A DNA stretch of 64,000 bases from Hyphomicrobiaceae bacterium (GTDB lineage: Bacteria > Pseudomonadota > Alphaproteobacteria > Rhizobiales > Hyphomicrobiaceae). The notes below the pieces were generated by a model, which saw only the letters and a program-made list of their open reading frames with translations, was not told the origin of the DNA and ran no database searches. The stretch is from the NCBI GenBank assembly GCA_046154585.1, contig JBJXDX010000157.1, positions 34,019-98,018 on the forward strand, read 5' to 3'. Shown piece by piece: positions 41,722 to 51,053 of the stretch (positions are counted from its first letter, which is position 1; every line of letters begins with the position of its first letter). Position numbers and translations under genes: made by a program.

Positions 41722-41875
41722 TTGCCCACCTCCGGCGCGAGCATCGCGGCCGGAACGGACACCATTGTCGTGTCCTGCGCCTCAGCTGGCGCGCTTCCAC
41801 TGACCCTCCTCCTTACGAGCCCCTGAGCCTCGAAAGGTCCGGCTGCGCCGGGCCGTCGCTCAGGGGATCAAGTTT
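41722..41875 (+). promoter_or_regulatory. candidate leuA leader: Leu-rich leader ORF (TTG/GTG start, ...GALPLTLLLTSP*) whose stop overlaps a 9-bp-stem hairpin CCCCTGAGC...GCTCAGGGG
   Basis: three consecutive Leu codons CTC CTC CTT at 41807-41815; hairpin 41820-41866 followed by AAGTTT. Confidence 0.3.
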
Positions 41876-41936
41876 CGAGCCAAATCAACGGTCCAATGTC
41901 AGCCGAAGCTGACTCGATTTGATGGGATTTTTCGTT

Positions 41937-43517
41937 ATGTCGTCGACCCCAACTCCCTCTGCTAACGTTCGCGACGAGAATGATCGCGTCCTGATTTTCG
42001 ATACAACATTGCGCGATGGCGAACAGTCGCCCGGCGCGGCGATGACCCTGGAAGACAAGCTGAAGGTCGCCGAGCTGCTCGACGAGATGGGCATCGACAT
42101 CATCGAGGCGGGCTTCCCGATATCCTCCAACGGCGATTTCGAGGCGGTCACCGAGATCGCCAAGCTGGTGAAGAACTCGGTGGTTTGCGGCCTCGCACGG
42201 GCCGGCCTGAAGGACATTGATCGCGCCGGCGAGGCGGTGCGCCACGCCAAGCGCCCGCGCATCCACTCCTTCATCTCGACCAGCCCCGTGCATCGCAAGT
42301 GGAAGCTGCAGATGGACGCCGATCAGGTGATCGAAGCCGTCGCACAGAGCGTGGCGCAGGCTCGCAAATGGGTCGAGGACGTGGAGTGGAGCGCCGAGGA
42401 TGCCACCCGCACGGAAATCGACGTGCTCCGCCGCTGCTGCGAAGTGGCAATCAAGGCGGGCGCCACGACGATCAATATTCCCGATACCGTCGGCTACTCG
42501 GTGCCCGAGGAATATTATGAGCTCATCAAGCTGCTGCGCGAGACCGTGCCCGGTGGCGACAAGGTCGTATGGTCCACGCACTGCCACAACGATCTCGGCA
42601 TGGCCGTGGCCAACTCGCTCGCGGGCGTGCGTGCCGGTGCGCGCCAGGTGGAATGCTGCATAAACGGCCTCGGCGAGCGCGCCGGCAATGCCGCGCTCGA
42701 GGAGATCGTGATGGCGCTCAACGTCAGAGCCGACGTTCTGCCCTTCTGGACCGGCGTCGACGCCACCAAATTCACGCGCGCCTCCAAGCTCGTGTCGGCG
42801 GTAGCCGCATTCCCCGTGCAGTACAACAAGGCGGTCGTGGGTAGGAATGCTTTCGCGCACGAGAGCGGCATCCACCAGGACGGCATGCTCAAGAACAACC
42901 AGACCTACGAGATCATGACGCCGGAAAGCGTCGGCCTGTCCAAATCGTCGCTGAGCATGGGCAAACTTTCGGGGCGCCACGCCTTCCGCGAGAAGTTGCG
43001 CGAATTGGGGTATGAGATCGGTGACAACGCGTTTCAGGATGCGTTCAATCGCTTCAAGGATCTCGCCGACAAGAAGAAGATCGTCTTCGACGAGGATATC
43101 GAGGCGCTGGTCGATCAGGAGATGGCCTCGCAGTCGGACCGCATCAAGGTCGTGGGCCTGACGGTCATCGCCGGGACCGGCGGACCGCAGAAGGCCACAA
43201 TCACGCTCGATATCGACGGAACGCAGCACGTGCGCGAGGCGACTGGCGACGGTCCTGTCGATGCCATCTTCAAGGCGATCAAGGCCATCGTGCCGCACGA
43301 TGCGCGTCTGCCGCTTTATCAGGTAATGGCGGTAACCGAAGGCACGGATGCGCAGGCTGACGTTATGGTCCGGCTCGAAGAGAACGGGCGTACCGTGACA
43401 GGCCGTGGCGCGGATACCGACACGATGGTGGCGTCGGCCCGTGCCTACATCAGTGCGTTGAATAAGCTCGTGCTGAAGCGTCAGCGAGGGCCGAGCGCAC
43501 AGGCGATGGTGTCCTGA
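41937..43517 (+). CDS. leuA: 2-isopropylmalate synthase
   Basis: LIFDTTLRDGEQSPG, HCHNDLG, C-terminal LeuA allosteric domain. Confidence 0.92.
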   Translation: MSSTPTPSANVRDENDRVLIFDTTLRDGEQSPGAAMTLEDKLKVAELLDEMGIDIIEAGFPISSNGDFEAVTEIAKLVKNSVVCGLARAGLKDIDRAGEAVRHAKRPRIHSFISTSPVHRKWKLQMDADQVIEAVAQSVAQARKWVEDVEWSAEDATRTEIDVLRRCCEVAIKAGATTINIPDTVGYSVPEEYYELIKLLRETVPGGDKVVWSTHCHNDLGMAVANSLAGVRAGARQVECCINGLGERAGNAALEEIVMALNVRADVLPFWTGVDATKFTRASKLVSAVAAFPVQYNKAVVGRNAFAHESGIHQDGMLKNNQTYEIMTPESVGLSKSSLSMGKLSGRHAFREKLRELGYEIGDNAFQDAFNRFKDLADKKKIVFDEDIEALVDQEMASQSDRIKVVGLTVIAGTGGPQKATITLDIDGTQHVREATGDGPVDAIFKAIKAIVPHDARLPLYQVMAVTEGTDAQADVMVRLEENGRTVTGRGADTDTMVASARAYISALNKLVLKRQRGPSAQAMVS

Positions 43518-43689
43518 TGTGACGGAAGGCTCGGGGCTCCGCTCGGTCGAGTGGAGCCCGACGCCGGTGCGGGGGCTGGCAGATTGGCCCTGCCCGATCC
43601 GAGCAATCGGGCGTGGCGCGTGCCGCTCGGGGCCCCTATGCGGCGCGGCTGGACAACGCCGCCGCGCTGAGATAGGAAGACCCACTTCG

Positions 43690-43720
43690 CGGGCCCGCCT
43701 CAGGGGCCCGGTTTGTTTCT
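43690..43720 (+). terminator. rho-independent terminator CGGGCCC-GCCTCAG-GGGCCCG followed by GTTTGTTTCT
   Basis: 7-bp GC stem plus U-rich tract, between leuA and tRNA-Lys. Confidence 0.6.
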
Positions 43721-43727
43721 GGTGGCC

Positions 43728-43803
<76 letters not shown>

Positions 43804-43877
43804 GAGAAAAATTGATCCACAACCAATCTACGTATCTTCAGCCCAGAGCATAGCTGCGGCCAACGACAACGAAGTCC

Positions 43878-45074
43878 TCAACGCGTACGTGGGAGCAGGA
43901 ACGTCAGCAGTCCCAAGGCCGGGAGCCACGCGCAGAGCTTGAACGTCTCGATGATGCCGATGTAGTCGGCGACGATACCGAGCGCGGCGGCGGCCAGTCC
44001 GCCGAGGCCGAACGCCAGGCCGTAGAAGAGGCCGCCGACGAGGCCGACGCGGTGCGGCACGAGGTCGATCGCGTAGATGAGGATCGACGAGAACGCGCTC
44101 GCCAGAATCACGCTGACGAGGACGCTGAGCACGCCGGTCCAGAACAGGTCGGCGTAGGGCAGCAGTAGCGCGAAGGGCAGCGTTCCGAGAATGGAGATCC
44201 AGATCACACGGTGGCGGCCGACCCGATCTCCCACCATGCCGCCGACGATGACGCCAAATGCACCGACCACCAGATAAAGGAACAGCATGATCTGGGAGAG
44301 CCGCACGCTCACGCCGAAGCGCTCGATCAAATAGAAGGTGTAGTAGGACGTAAATGCCGCCGTGTACGCATTCTTGGACAGCAAGAGCACGATCAGAATC
44401 GTCATCGCCACAAGGATGGGTCCGCCTGCAGCGGCGGGCGCTGCCGTGCTCGGGGGATAGGACTTCGCCGCCTCGATCTGCGAACGGCGCATGTCGGCAT
44501 AGCGCCTGCCCGTCCAGGCCATCAGCACCATGGCGGCGAGCGCAACCACGGACATCCAGGCGAGGCTCGCCTGCCCGCGCGGGACCACGATCATGGCCGC
44601 GAGCAGCGGTCCGATTGCGTATCCCGCATGACCGCCGATCTGGAAAATGCCTTGCGCGAAACCCTGCTGCCCGGCGGAGGCATGGCGCGCCATGCGCGTG
44701 GCCTCGGGGTGAAATACCGCCGAACCAAGCCCGACCAGGGCGGCTGAGGCGAGAACCATCGGATAGTTGTGTGCGAAGGCCAATCCGATGAGCCCCGACA
44801 GCGTGGCCGCCATGCCGGCGACCATCGCATAGGGCCATGGCTTTTGGTCCGTGACGTAGCCGAGCAGCGGCTGCAGCAGCGACGAGGTCACCTGAAAGGC
44901 CAAAGTGATCAGACCCACCTGCGCGAAGTCGAGCTGGTACGCCTCCTTGATCAGAGGGTACATCGCCGGGATCATCGACTGGATCAGGTCGTTGAGCAGA
45001 TGCGCGCCGCTCAACGCCAAAAGAATTGGCAGAAGCGGGCGGTGCTCGGCGCGGGTGGTGGCGGCTATGGTCAT
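43878..45074 (-). CDS. MFS transporter (Fsr-like)
   Basis: 12 predicted TM helices, MFS motifs. Confidence 0.75.
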   Translation of the reverse strand: MTIAATTRAEHRPLLPILLALSGAHLLNDLIQSMIPAMYPLIKEAYQLDFAQVGLITLAFQVTSSLLQPLLGYVTDQKPWPYAMVAGMAATLSGLIGLAFAHNYPMVLASAALVGLGSAVFHPEATRMARHASAGQQGFAQGIFQIGGHAGYAIGPLLAAMIVVPRGQASLAWMSVVALAAMVLMAWTGRRYADMRRSQIEAAKSYPPSTAAPAAAGGPILVAMTILIVLLLSKNAYTAAFTSYYTFYLIERFGVSVRLSQIMLFLYLVVGAFGVIVGGMVGDRVGRHRVIWISILGTLPFALLLPYADLFWTGVLSVLVSVILASAFSSILIYAIDLVPHRVGLVGGLFYGLAFGLGGLAAAALGIVADYIGIIETFKLCAWLPALGLLTFLLPRTR

Positions 45075-45156
45075 GGCGGGACGTTTGGACTGCCCGAACG
45101 CGCGCGTCAACCACCGGCGGCCGGCGCATAACTGACATCTTGTTGAGGGCTGGCGC

Positions 45157-45819
45157 CTATGCAGGGATGAGCGACTTCAGGCGGTCGACGGCGGCGTCAG
45201 GAGCTGTCAGCACGGGCGTGGAGACGACGGCGCCGACCTTCTCGGCAGCGCGCGAGGTCGAGAAGTGAGCGAGCATGATGGCGTCGCAGTCCTTCAACTC
45301 GGCTGCACGCGCGGCGACAAGCTCGTTGTGCTTGTGCGCGTCGCCGCCGCGCAGGGCGGCCATGGCGCCGTCAACGACGATGGTTCTGAGTGTGGCCTTG
45401 GAGCCGGTCTCGCGTACGAACTCGTCGAACTCCTCGGTCATCGTGACGACGGACGGCGCGAAGGTGGCGAGCATGCCGATCTTCGTGCCTTGGGTCAGTG
45501 CAGCGCAGAACATCGCTTCGTTGGGTTTCAGGACGGGAACCGGCAATTCGCGGGCCATGCGCTCGATGGCCGGGCCGAAGGCCGAGCACGTGACGAGAAC
45601 GGCGTCGGCGCCAATGCGATGGGCATAGCCGCCAAGCTCGGTAAAACGCTCGAACATGCGCTGGGTGAGGTCATGATCCTTCGCCCGGTCCACGGACAGC
45701 GAGTCATCGAGCAGGTTGACGGTCTCGGCGTCCGGCCAGCGCGTAGCGAAGGATTTTTGAATCGGATCGACGGCGACCGGCGTGCCGTGCAGCAGGACGA
45801 TGCGGGGCTTCCTGGACAT
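45157..45819 (-). CDS. Asp/Glu/hydantoin-racemase-family protein (arylmalonate-decarboxylase / maleate-isomerase-like)
   Basis: ~220 aa with the family pattern, including the Cys-containing segment VLVTCSAFGP. Confidence 0.6.
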   Translation of the reverse strand: MSRKPRIVLLHGTPVAVDPIQKSFATRWPDAETVNLLDDSLSVDRAKDHDLTQRMFERFTELGGYAHRIGADAVLVTCSAFGPAIERMARELPVPVLKPNEAMFCAALTQGTKIGMLATFAPSVVTMTEEFDEFVRETGSKATLRTIVVDGAMAALRGGDAHKHNELVAARAAELKDCDAIMLAHFSTSRAAEKVGAVVSTPVLTAPDAAVDRLKSLIPA

Positions 45820-45837
45820 GCGTGTCTCCTTCATCGT

Positions 45838-46557
45838 TCAATGAGCGGCGAGCCGCGAGACTAGGCCGCCGTCCGCGTAAGCCTTGGCAGCAGCGGGCGA
45901 GGTGAGGGCGGCAAGGAACGCGGCAGCACCCTCGGGGCTTTTGGTGCCGGCAAAGATCGCCGCATCGAATGTCGATACGGTCTGCAGCTCGGCCGGGAAC
46001 GGCCCAGCGATGTCGATGCCGTCGACCGACATCAGCTCGCTGATCTGCTGGATGGCAAGATCGGCCTCGCCGCTGGAGACTTTCTCGGCGGTGAAGCCCA
46101 TGGGAATGACGACGGCGCGGGCGTTGACGGCCTCGGAGATGCCGAGCCGGTCAATCAGCTTGGAAAAGTAGATGCCACTGGCGCCCGCCTTCGAGTAAGC
46201 GACGGCGCGGGCATTCAACATCGCCTGCTTGAAGGCATCGACGGTCGAAACGTCGGGTCGCGGCGCGCCCTTGCGCACGCCGACGCCAAGCACGGAATCG
46301 GCGAGACACACGCGCGTGTCCGCCCGCACGATCCCGCTTTGCACCAGTTGGTCCATCGAGGCGTTGATGGCAATGATGACGTCGGCGCGTTGCCCCTCTT
46401 CGATGGATCGCATGATAGCGGTGGTAGGTCGCCAATCGATGTCGAGTTGGAATGGGGTCTCCGCTTCGAATTGCGGCTTGAGCCAGCGATTGACGGCGAT
46501 CTCCAAGGCGAGGCCGCTCATAACGTTGACGGTCTTTGGATTGGTGGTGGAGGGCAC
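45838..46557 (-). CDS. ModA/WtpA-like substrate-binding-domain protein with no signal peptide (PBP type II fold)
   Basis: 239 aa; hydrophilic N-terminus; anion-binding-like fold pattern. Confidence 0.55.
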   Translation of the reverse strand: MPSTTNPKTVNVMSGLALEIAVNRWLKPQFEAETPFQLDIDWRPTTAIMRSIEEGQRADVIIAINASMDQLVQSGIVRADTRVCLADSVLGVGVRKGAPRPDVSTVDAFKQAMLNARAVAYSKAGASGIYFSKLIDRLGISEAVNARAVVIPMGFTAEKVSSGEADLAIQQISELMSVDGIDIAGPFPAELQTVSTFDAAIFAGTKSPEGAAAFLAALTSPAAAKAYADGGLVSRLAAH

Positions 46558-46559
46558 TG

Positions 46560-47723
46560 CTATCTCGCCTCGGTTGCGGGAGGCTCGAACGTGCGCGTGA
46601 AGCCGCCCACCCGTTCGGCCAGATACTGTGCGAAGTCATAGTTCGGCCGCTCGAGGTGGCTGAGGTGTCCGGCTCGCGCGGCACCCGCGCACACGCCACG
46701 ATAGACCTTCTCCGTGCAGCCGCGATCTTCCACGTTGACATTGTCGAGCAGCGTCTTGAGTTGGGCGAAATGGGCCTGGGCTTCGTCCGAGTTGACGAAC
46801 TGGGGCGCCATGCCGCCGCCGAACACGATGTGCACCTGGCCAACACCGTGTGGATGCAGCGACAGATACCAGAAGTATCCGGGCGTTAGCGTCACGAGCA
46901 TGCTCGGATACACGGCGAGGAGGAACGTCGTGCGCCGGCGGTCGCCCTGCATGCGTGTGTTGGAGGGATGCGCCAGCGCGATCTTCAACGTGCCGTCCTT
47001 GAGGATGGTGTGATAGTTGAAGGCCGCCAGCCCCGGTGGGCACACCATCTCTTCCAGCTTCGACAGCCCGCCGATCGTCGCTGCATGGCAGACGGGCAGG
47101 TGGTAGCTCTCCATGAAGTTTTCCGCGAGGATCTTCCAGTTTGTGTTCCAGAGATGGGTCTCGCGGAACGTCTCGATGTAGTTCTCCATGCCGAAGTCGT
47201 CGATCAGCGCCTGGACCTCGGCGAGCTGCTCGGACACGGGTGAGGCATCGGGGTTGAGCGTGACCATGATCCAGCCCAGCCACTCCTCGCAGCGGATCTG
47301 CGGCAGCTTGTAGCTTTCCTTGCAGAAGCCGGCGTTGAGCGTCATGGCGGGCGCGGCGCGCAGCGTGCCGTCGAGATTGTAGGTCCAGGCGTGATAGGGG
47401 CAGACGATACTGCGCTTGTTGCCGGAGCCTTCGAGCAGCGTCGACATGCGGTGCAGGCACACGTTCGACATGGCGCGCAGGCGGCCATCGTTGTCGCGGA
47501 TGACGAAGATCGGCTGGCCGGCGAGCTCGTAGGTCAGGTAGTCGCCGGGCTTGGCAAGCGCGCTGGCGCGGCCGACCGTCACCCAGTCACGCGCGAAAAC
47601 CTGTCTGATCTCCTGCTCGAGAAAGTCCGGGCTGGTGTAGACGCCGGGCGGCATCGCGTGTGCGCGCTCGAACGGCTGCCGGACATTGTCGAGAAGCTGC
47701 GCTATCGCCGGTACGATTGTCAT
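46560..47723 (-). CDS. Rieske non-heme-iron oxygenase alpha subunit (GbcA/CntA/phthalate-dioxygenase-like class)
   Basis: Rieske CLHR-x16-CPYH; mononuclear iron motif ENFMESYHLPVCH. Confidence 0.8.
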   Translation of the reverse strand: MTIVPAIAQLLDNVRQPFERAHAMPPGVYTSPDFLEQEIRQVFARDWVTVGRASALAKPGDYLTYELAGQPIFVIRDNDGRLRAMSNVCLHRMSTLLEGSGNKRSIVCPYHAWTYNLDGTLRAAPAMTLNAGFCKESYKLPQIRCEEWLGWIMVTLNPDASPVSEQLAEVQALIDDFGMENYIETFRETHLWNTNWKILAENFMESYHLPVCHAATIGGLSKLEEMVCPPGLAAFNYHTILKDGTLKIALAHPSNTRMQGDRRRTTFLLAVYPSMLVTLTPGYFWYLSLHPHGVGQVHIVFGGGMAPQFVNSDEAQAHFAQLKTLLDNVNVEDRGCTEKVYRGVCAGAARAGHLSHLERPNYDFAQYLAERVGGFTRTFEPPATEAR

Positions 47724-47805
47724 TCCGCCCTTCTGCCCTGGCTGCCACCCGTTGACCGGCGCACGATACGCGGCAGCGGATGGACTTACCAGAGCGAGCA
47801 CGGGA

Positions 47806-50800
47806 TCAGGCGTCGGCCAGAGGACGGGAGGCCGGCGCGGCGTGTGCAACCGCATGGTGTCCGGCGCCTTCGTGTCCATGCTGCTTGAGCAGGCGGTTTC
47901 CGGTCAGGCCGCGCAGCAGGACATAGAACACCGGCGTCAGGAAGATGCCGAAGGCCGTGACACCGATCATGCCGGCAAAGACGGCGATGCCCATGGCCTG
48001 GCGCATCTCGGCCCCGGCGCCCGTCGCATACACCAAGGGCAACACACCCATGATGAAGGCCAGCGACGTCATGAGGATGGGCCGCAGTCTGAGCCGGCTG
48101 GCTTCGAGCGCCGCGTCGAACGGCGAGCGTCCGGCGAACTCCAGCTCGCGCGCGAACTCGACGATCAGGATGGCGTTCTTGGCCGACAAGCCAACAAGCA
48201 CGATCAGGCCGATCTGCGTGAAGACGTTGTTGTCGCCGCCGGTGATGTACAACCCGGTGATGGCCGCAAGCAGACCCATCGGCACGATCATGATGATGGA
48301 CAGCGGCAGCACCAGGCTTTCGTAGAGGGCGGCCAGGACCAGGAACACCAACAGGATGGCGAGCGGGTAGACCCAGAGCGCCGAGTTGCCGGCCAGGATC
48401 TCCTGATAGGTGAGGTCGGTCCATTCGTAGGCGATGCCTTGCGGCAGCGTCTCGGCGGCGATCCGGGCGGCTGCGGCCTGCGCCTCGCCCGAGGAAAAGC
48501 CAGGAGCAGCGCCGCCATTGATGTCGGCAGCGAGGAAGCCGTTGTAGCGCATGGCGCGCTCCGGCCCGGCACTCGACTTGACCCGCAGCAGGGCGGAGAG
48601 CGGGACCATCTCGCCGCTCTTCGCGCGCACCTTGAGCTGGCCGATGTCCTCCGCGCGGCCGCGGTACTTCGCGTCGGCCTGAACGCGCACCGAGTAGGTG
48701 CGGCCGAACTTGTTGAAGTCGTTGACGTAGAGCGAGCCGAGGTAGATCTGCATGGCATCGAACACATCCGTCACCGCCACGCCGAGCTGGCGCGCCTTGA
48801 CGCGGTCGATATCGGCGTAGAGCTGCGGAGAGTTGACGTTGAAGCCTGAGAACAAGCCGGTGATCTCCGGGGCCTGGGCGGCCTTCGCCAGGAAGCCCTT
48901 GGCGGCGGCGTCGAGTGCCTCGTAGCCAAGGCCGGCGCGATCCTCGATCTGCAGCTTGAAACCGCCGACGGTGCCGAGGCCCGCCACCGCAGGCGGCGGG
49001 AACATGGCGATGAACGCGTCCTTGATGCCGGCGTACTTCTGATTGAGCTGGCCGGCGATGGCAAAGCCGCTGAGTTCGGGGCTCTTGCGCTCCTCGAAGG
49101 GCTTCAGGACCGCAAACACGATGCCGGCATTCGAGCTGTTGGTGAAGCCGTTGATGGAGAGGCCGGGGAACGAGACCGCGTGCTCCACGCCCGGTTGCTC
49201 GAGGGCGATCTGGCTCATGTGGCGGATGACCTCCTCCGTGCGGTCGAGGGTGGCACCGTCAGGAAGCTGGGCGAAGCCGATGAGATACTGCTTGTCCTGG
49301 CCCGGCACGAAGCCGGATGGGACCGCCTTGAACAGGCCGAACGTCGCCCCGATCAGCACGAGATAGACGCCCATGGCGAGGGCCTTGCGGTTGATCACGC
49401 GCCGCACGACGCCACCATATGCCGTGGTGCCGCGCCCGAAGACCCAGTTGAAGCCGCGGAAGAACCAGCCGAGCACGGCGTCCATGAAACGGGTAAGCGC
49501 ATCCCTCGGCGCGTCATGCGACCTGAGGAGCAGGGCGGCCAGTGCCGGCGACAACGTCAGCGAGTTGATGGCGGAAATGACGGTCGAGATAGCGATGGTC
49601 AGCGCGAACTGGCGATAGAACTGGCCCGTCAGGCCGGTAATGAAGGCGAGCGGTACGAAGACGGCGACCAGCACCAGGGCGATGGCAATGATCGGTCCCG
49701 AGACCTCCTGCATGGCGCGATGGGAGGCCGCGCGCGGAGAAAGGCCAGCCTCGATGTTGCGCTCCACGTTCTCGACCACGACGATGGCGTCGTCGACGAC
49801 GATGCCGATGGCGAGCACCAGGCCGAACAGGGTCAGCGCATTGATGGAGAAGCCGAACACGTACATGATCGCGAACGTGCCGATGATGGAGACGGGAACC
49901 GCCACCAGTGGAATGATGGACGCGCGCCAGGTCTGCAGGAACAGGATGACGACCAGAACGACGAGGGCGACGGCTTCCAGCAGCGTGTGGACGACGGCCT
50001 CGATGGAGGCCTGCACGAACTGAGTGGGGTCATAGACGATATCGTAGTCGACGCCGTCCGGCATGCTGCGCTTGATGTCGGCCATCGTGGCGCGCACGTT
50101 CTGTGCGATCTGCAGGGCATTGGAGCCGGGAGCCTGGAACACGCCGATGCCGACCGCAGGCTTGTTGTCGAGCAGCGAGCGCAAAGCGTATTCGGAGGCG
50201 CCCAACTCGATGCGGGCAATGTCGCGAAGGCGCGTGATCTCACCGTTGGCGCCAGCCTTCACGACGATATCGCCGAACTCCTCCTCACTTTGCAGACGGC
50301 CCTGGGCGTTGACCGAAAGCTGCAGGTCGAGGCCCGGCAGGCTGGGCGAAGCGCCGACAACACCGGCGGCGGCCTGGACGTTCTGAGCGCGGATCTCGTT
50401 GACGACGTCGTTCGCGGACAGGCCAAGCTCGGCAATCTTCTGCGGATCAAGCCACACGCGCATGGCATAGTCGCCGGCGCCCCAGATCACGACCTGGCCG
50501 ACGCCGTCGATGCGCGCGAGGCGGTCCTTGACGTTGAGCACGCCATAGTTGCGCAGATAGGTCATGTCATAGCGGTTGTTGGGCGACAGCAGATGCACGA
50601 CCAGCGCCATATCGGTGCTGCTCTTCACCGTGGTGACGCCGAGGCGGCGCACTTCCTCGGGCAGGCGCGGTTCAGCCTGGGAAACGCGGTTCTGCACCAG
50701 CTGCTGGGCCTTGTCGACGTCGGTGCCCAGGCGAAAAGTGACGGTGAGCGTCATCAGCCCATCCGTGGTGGCCTGACTGCTCATGTAGAGCATGTTCTCG

Positions 50801-51021
50801 ACGCCGTTAATGGACTCTTCGATCGGCGTTGCGACCGTTTCTGCAATCACCTTGGGATTGGCGCCCGGATACTGCGCCCGCACGACCACTGACGGCGGGG
50901 CCACCTCAGGGTACTCGGAAATCGGCATAACCCTGAGGGCAAGAAGCCCCGCCAGGAAGATGAGGACCGACAACACACCGGCGAAGATCGGGCGGTCGAT
51001 GAAAAACTTGGACAGGTTCAC
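47806..51021 (-). CDS. RND efflux permease (AcrB/MexF family)
   Basis: 1071 aa, 12 TM and two large periplasmic loops; N-terminus MNLSKFFIDRPIFAGVLSVLIFLAG. Confidence 0.92.
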   Translation of the reverse strand: MNLSKFFIDRPIFAGVLSVLIFLAGLLALRVMPISEYPEVAPPSVVVRAQYPGANPKVIAETVATPIEESINGVENMLYMSSQATTDGLMTLTVTFRLGTDVDKAQQLVQNRVSQAEPRLPEEVRRLGVTTVKSSTDMALVVHLLSPNNRYDMTYLRNYGVLNVKDRLARIDGVGQVVIWGAGDYAMRVWLDPQKIAELGLSANDVVNEIRAQNVQAAAGVVGASPSLPGLDLQLSVNAQGRLQSEEEFGDIVVKAGANGEITRLRDIARIELGASEYALRSLLDNKPAVGIGVFQAPGSNALQIAQNVRATMADIKRSMPDGVDYDIVYDPTQFVQASIEAVVHTLLEAVALVVLVVILFLQTWRASIIPLVAVPVSIIGTFAIMYVFGFSINALTLFGLVLAIGIVVDDAIVVVENVERNIEAGLSPRAASHRAMQEVSGPIIAIALVLVAVFVPLAFITGLTGQFYRQFALTIAISTVISAINSLTLSPALAALLLRSHDAPRDALTRFMDAVLGWFFRGFNWVFGRGTTAYGGVVRRVINRKALAMGVYLVLIGATFGLFKAVPSGFVPGQDKQYLIGFAQLPDGATLDRTEEVIRHMSQIALEQPGVEHAVSFPGLSINGFTNSSNAGIVFAVLKPFEERKSPELSGFAIAGQLNQKYAGIKDAFIAMFPPPAVAGLGTVGGFKLQIEDRAGLGYEALDAAAKGFLAKAAQAPEITGLFSGFNVNSPQLYADIDRVKARQLGVAVTDVFDAMQIYLGSLYVNDFNKFGRTYSVRVQADAKYRGRAEDIGQLKVRAKSGEMVPLSALLRVKSSAGPERAMRYNGFLAADINGGAAPGFSSGEAQAAAARIAAETLPQGIAYEWTDLTYQEILAGNSALWVYPLAILLVFLVLAALYESLVLPLSIIMIVPMGLLAAITGLYITGGDNNVFTQIGLIVLVGLSAKNAILIVEFARELEFAGRSPFDAALEASRLRLRPILMTSLAFIMGVLPLVYATGAGAEMRQAMGIAVFAGMIGVTAFGIFLTPVFYVLLRGLTGNRLLKQHGHEGAGHHAVAHAAPASRPLADA

Positions 51022-51053
51022 AGCGACCTCGTCGATGTTCGAAGGTGAAATTG

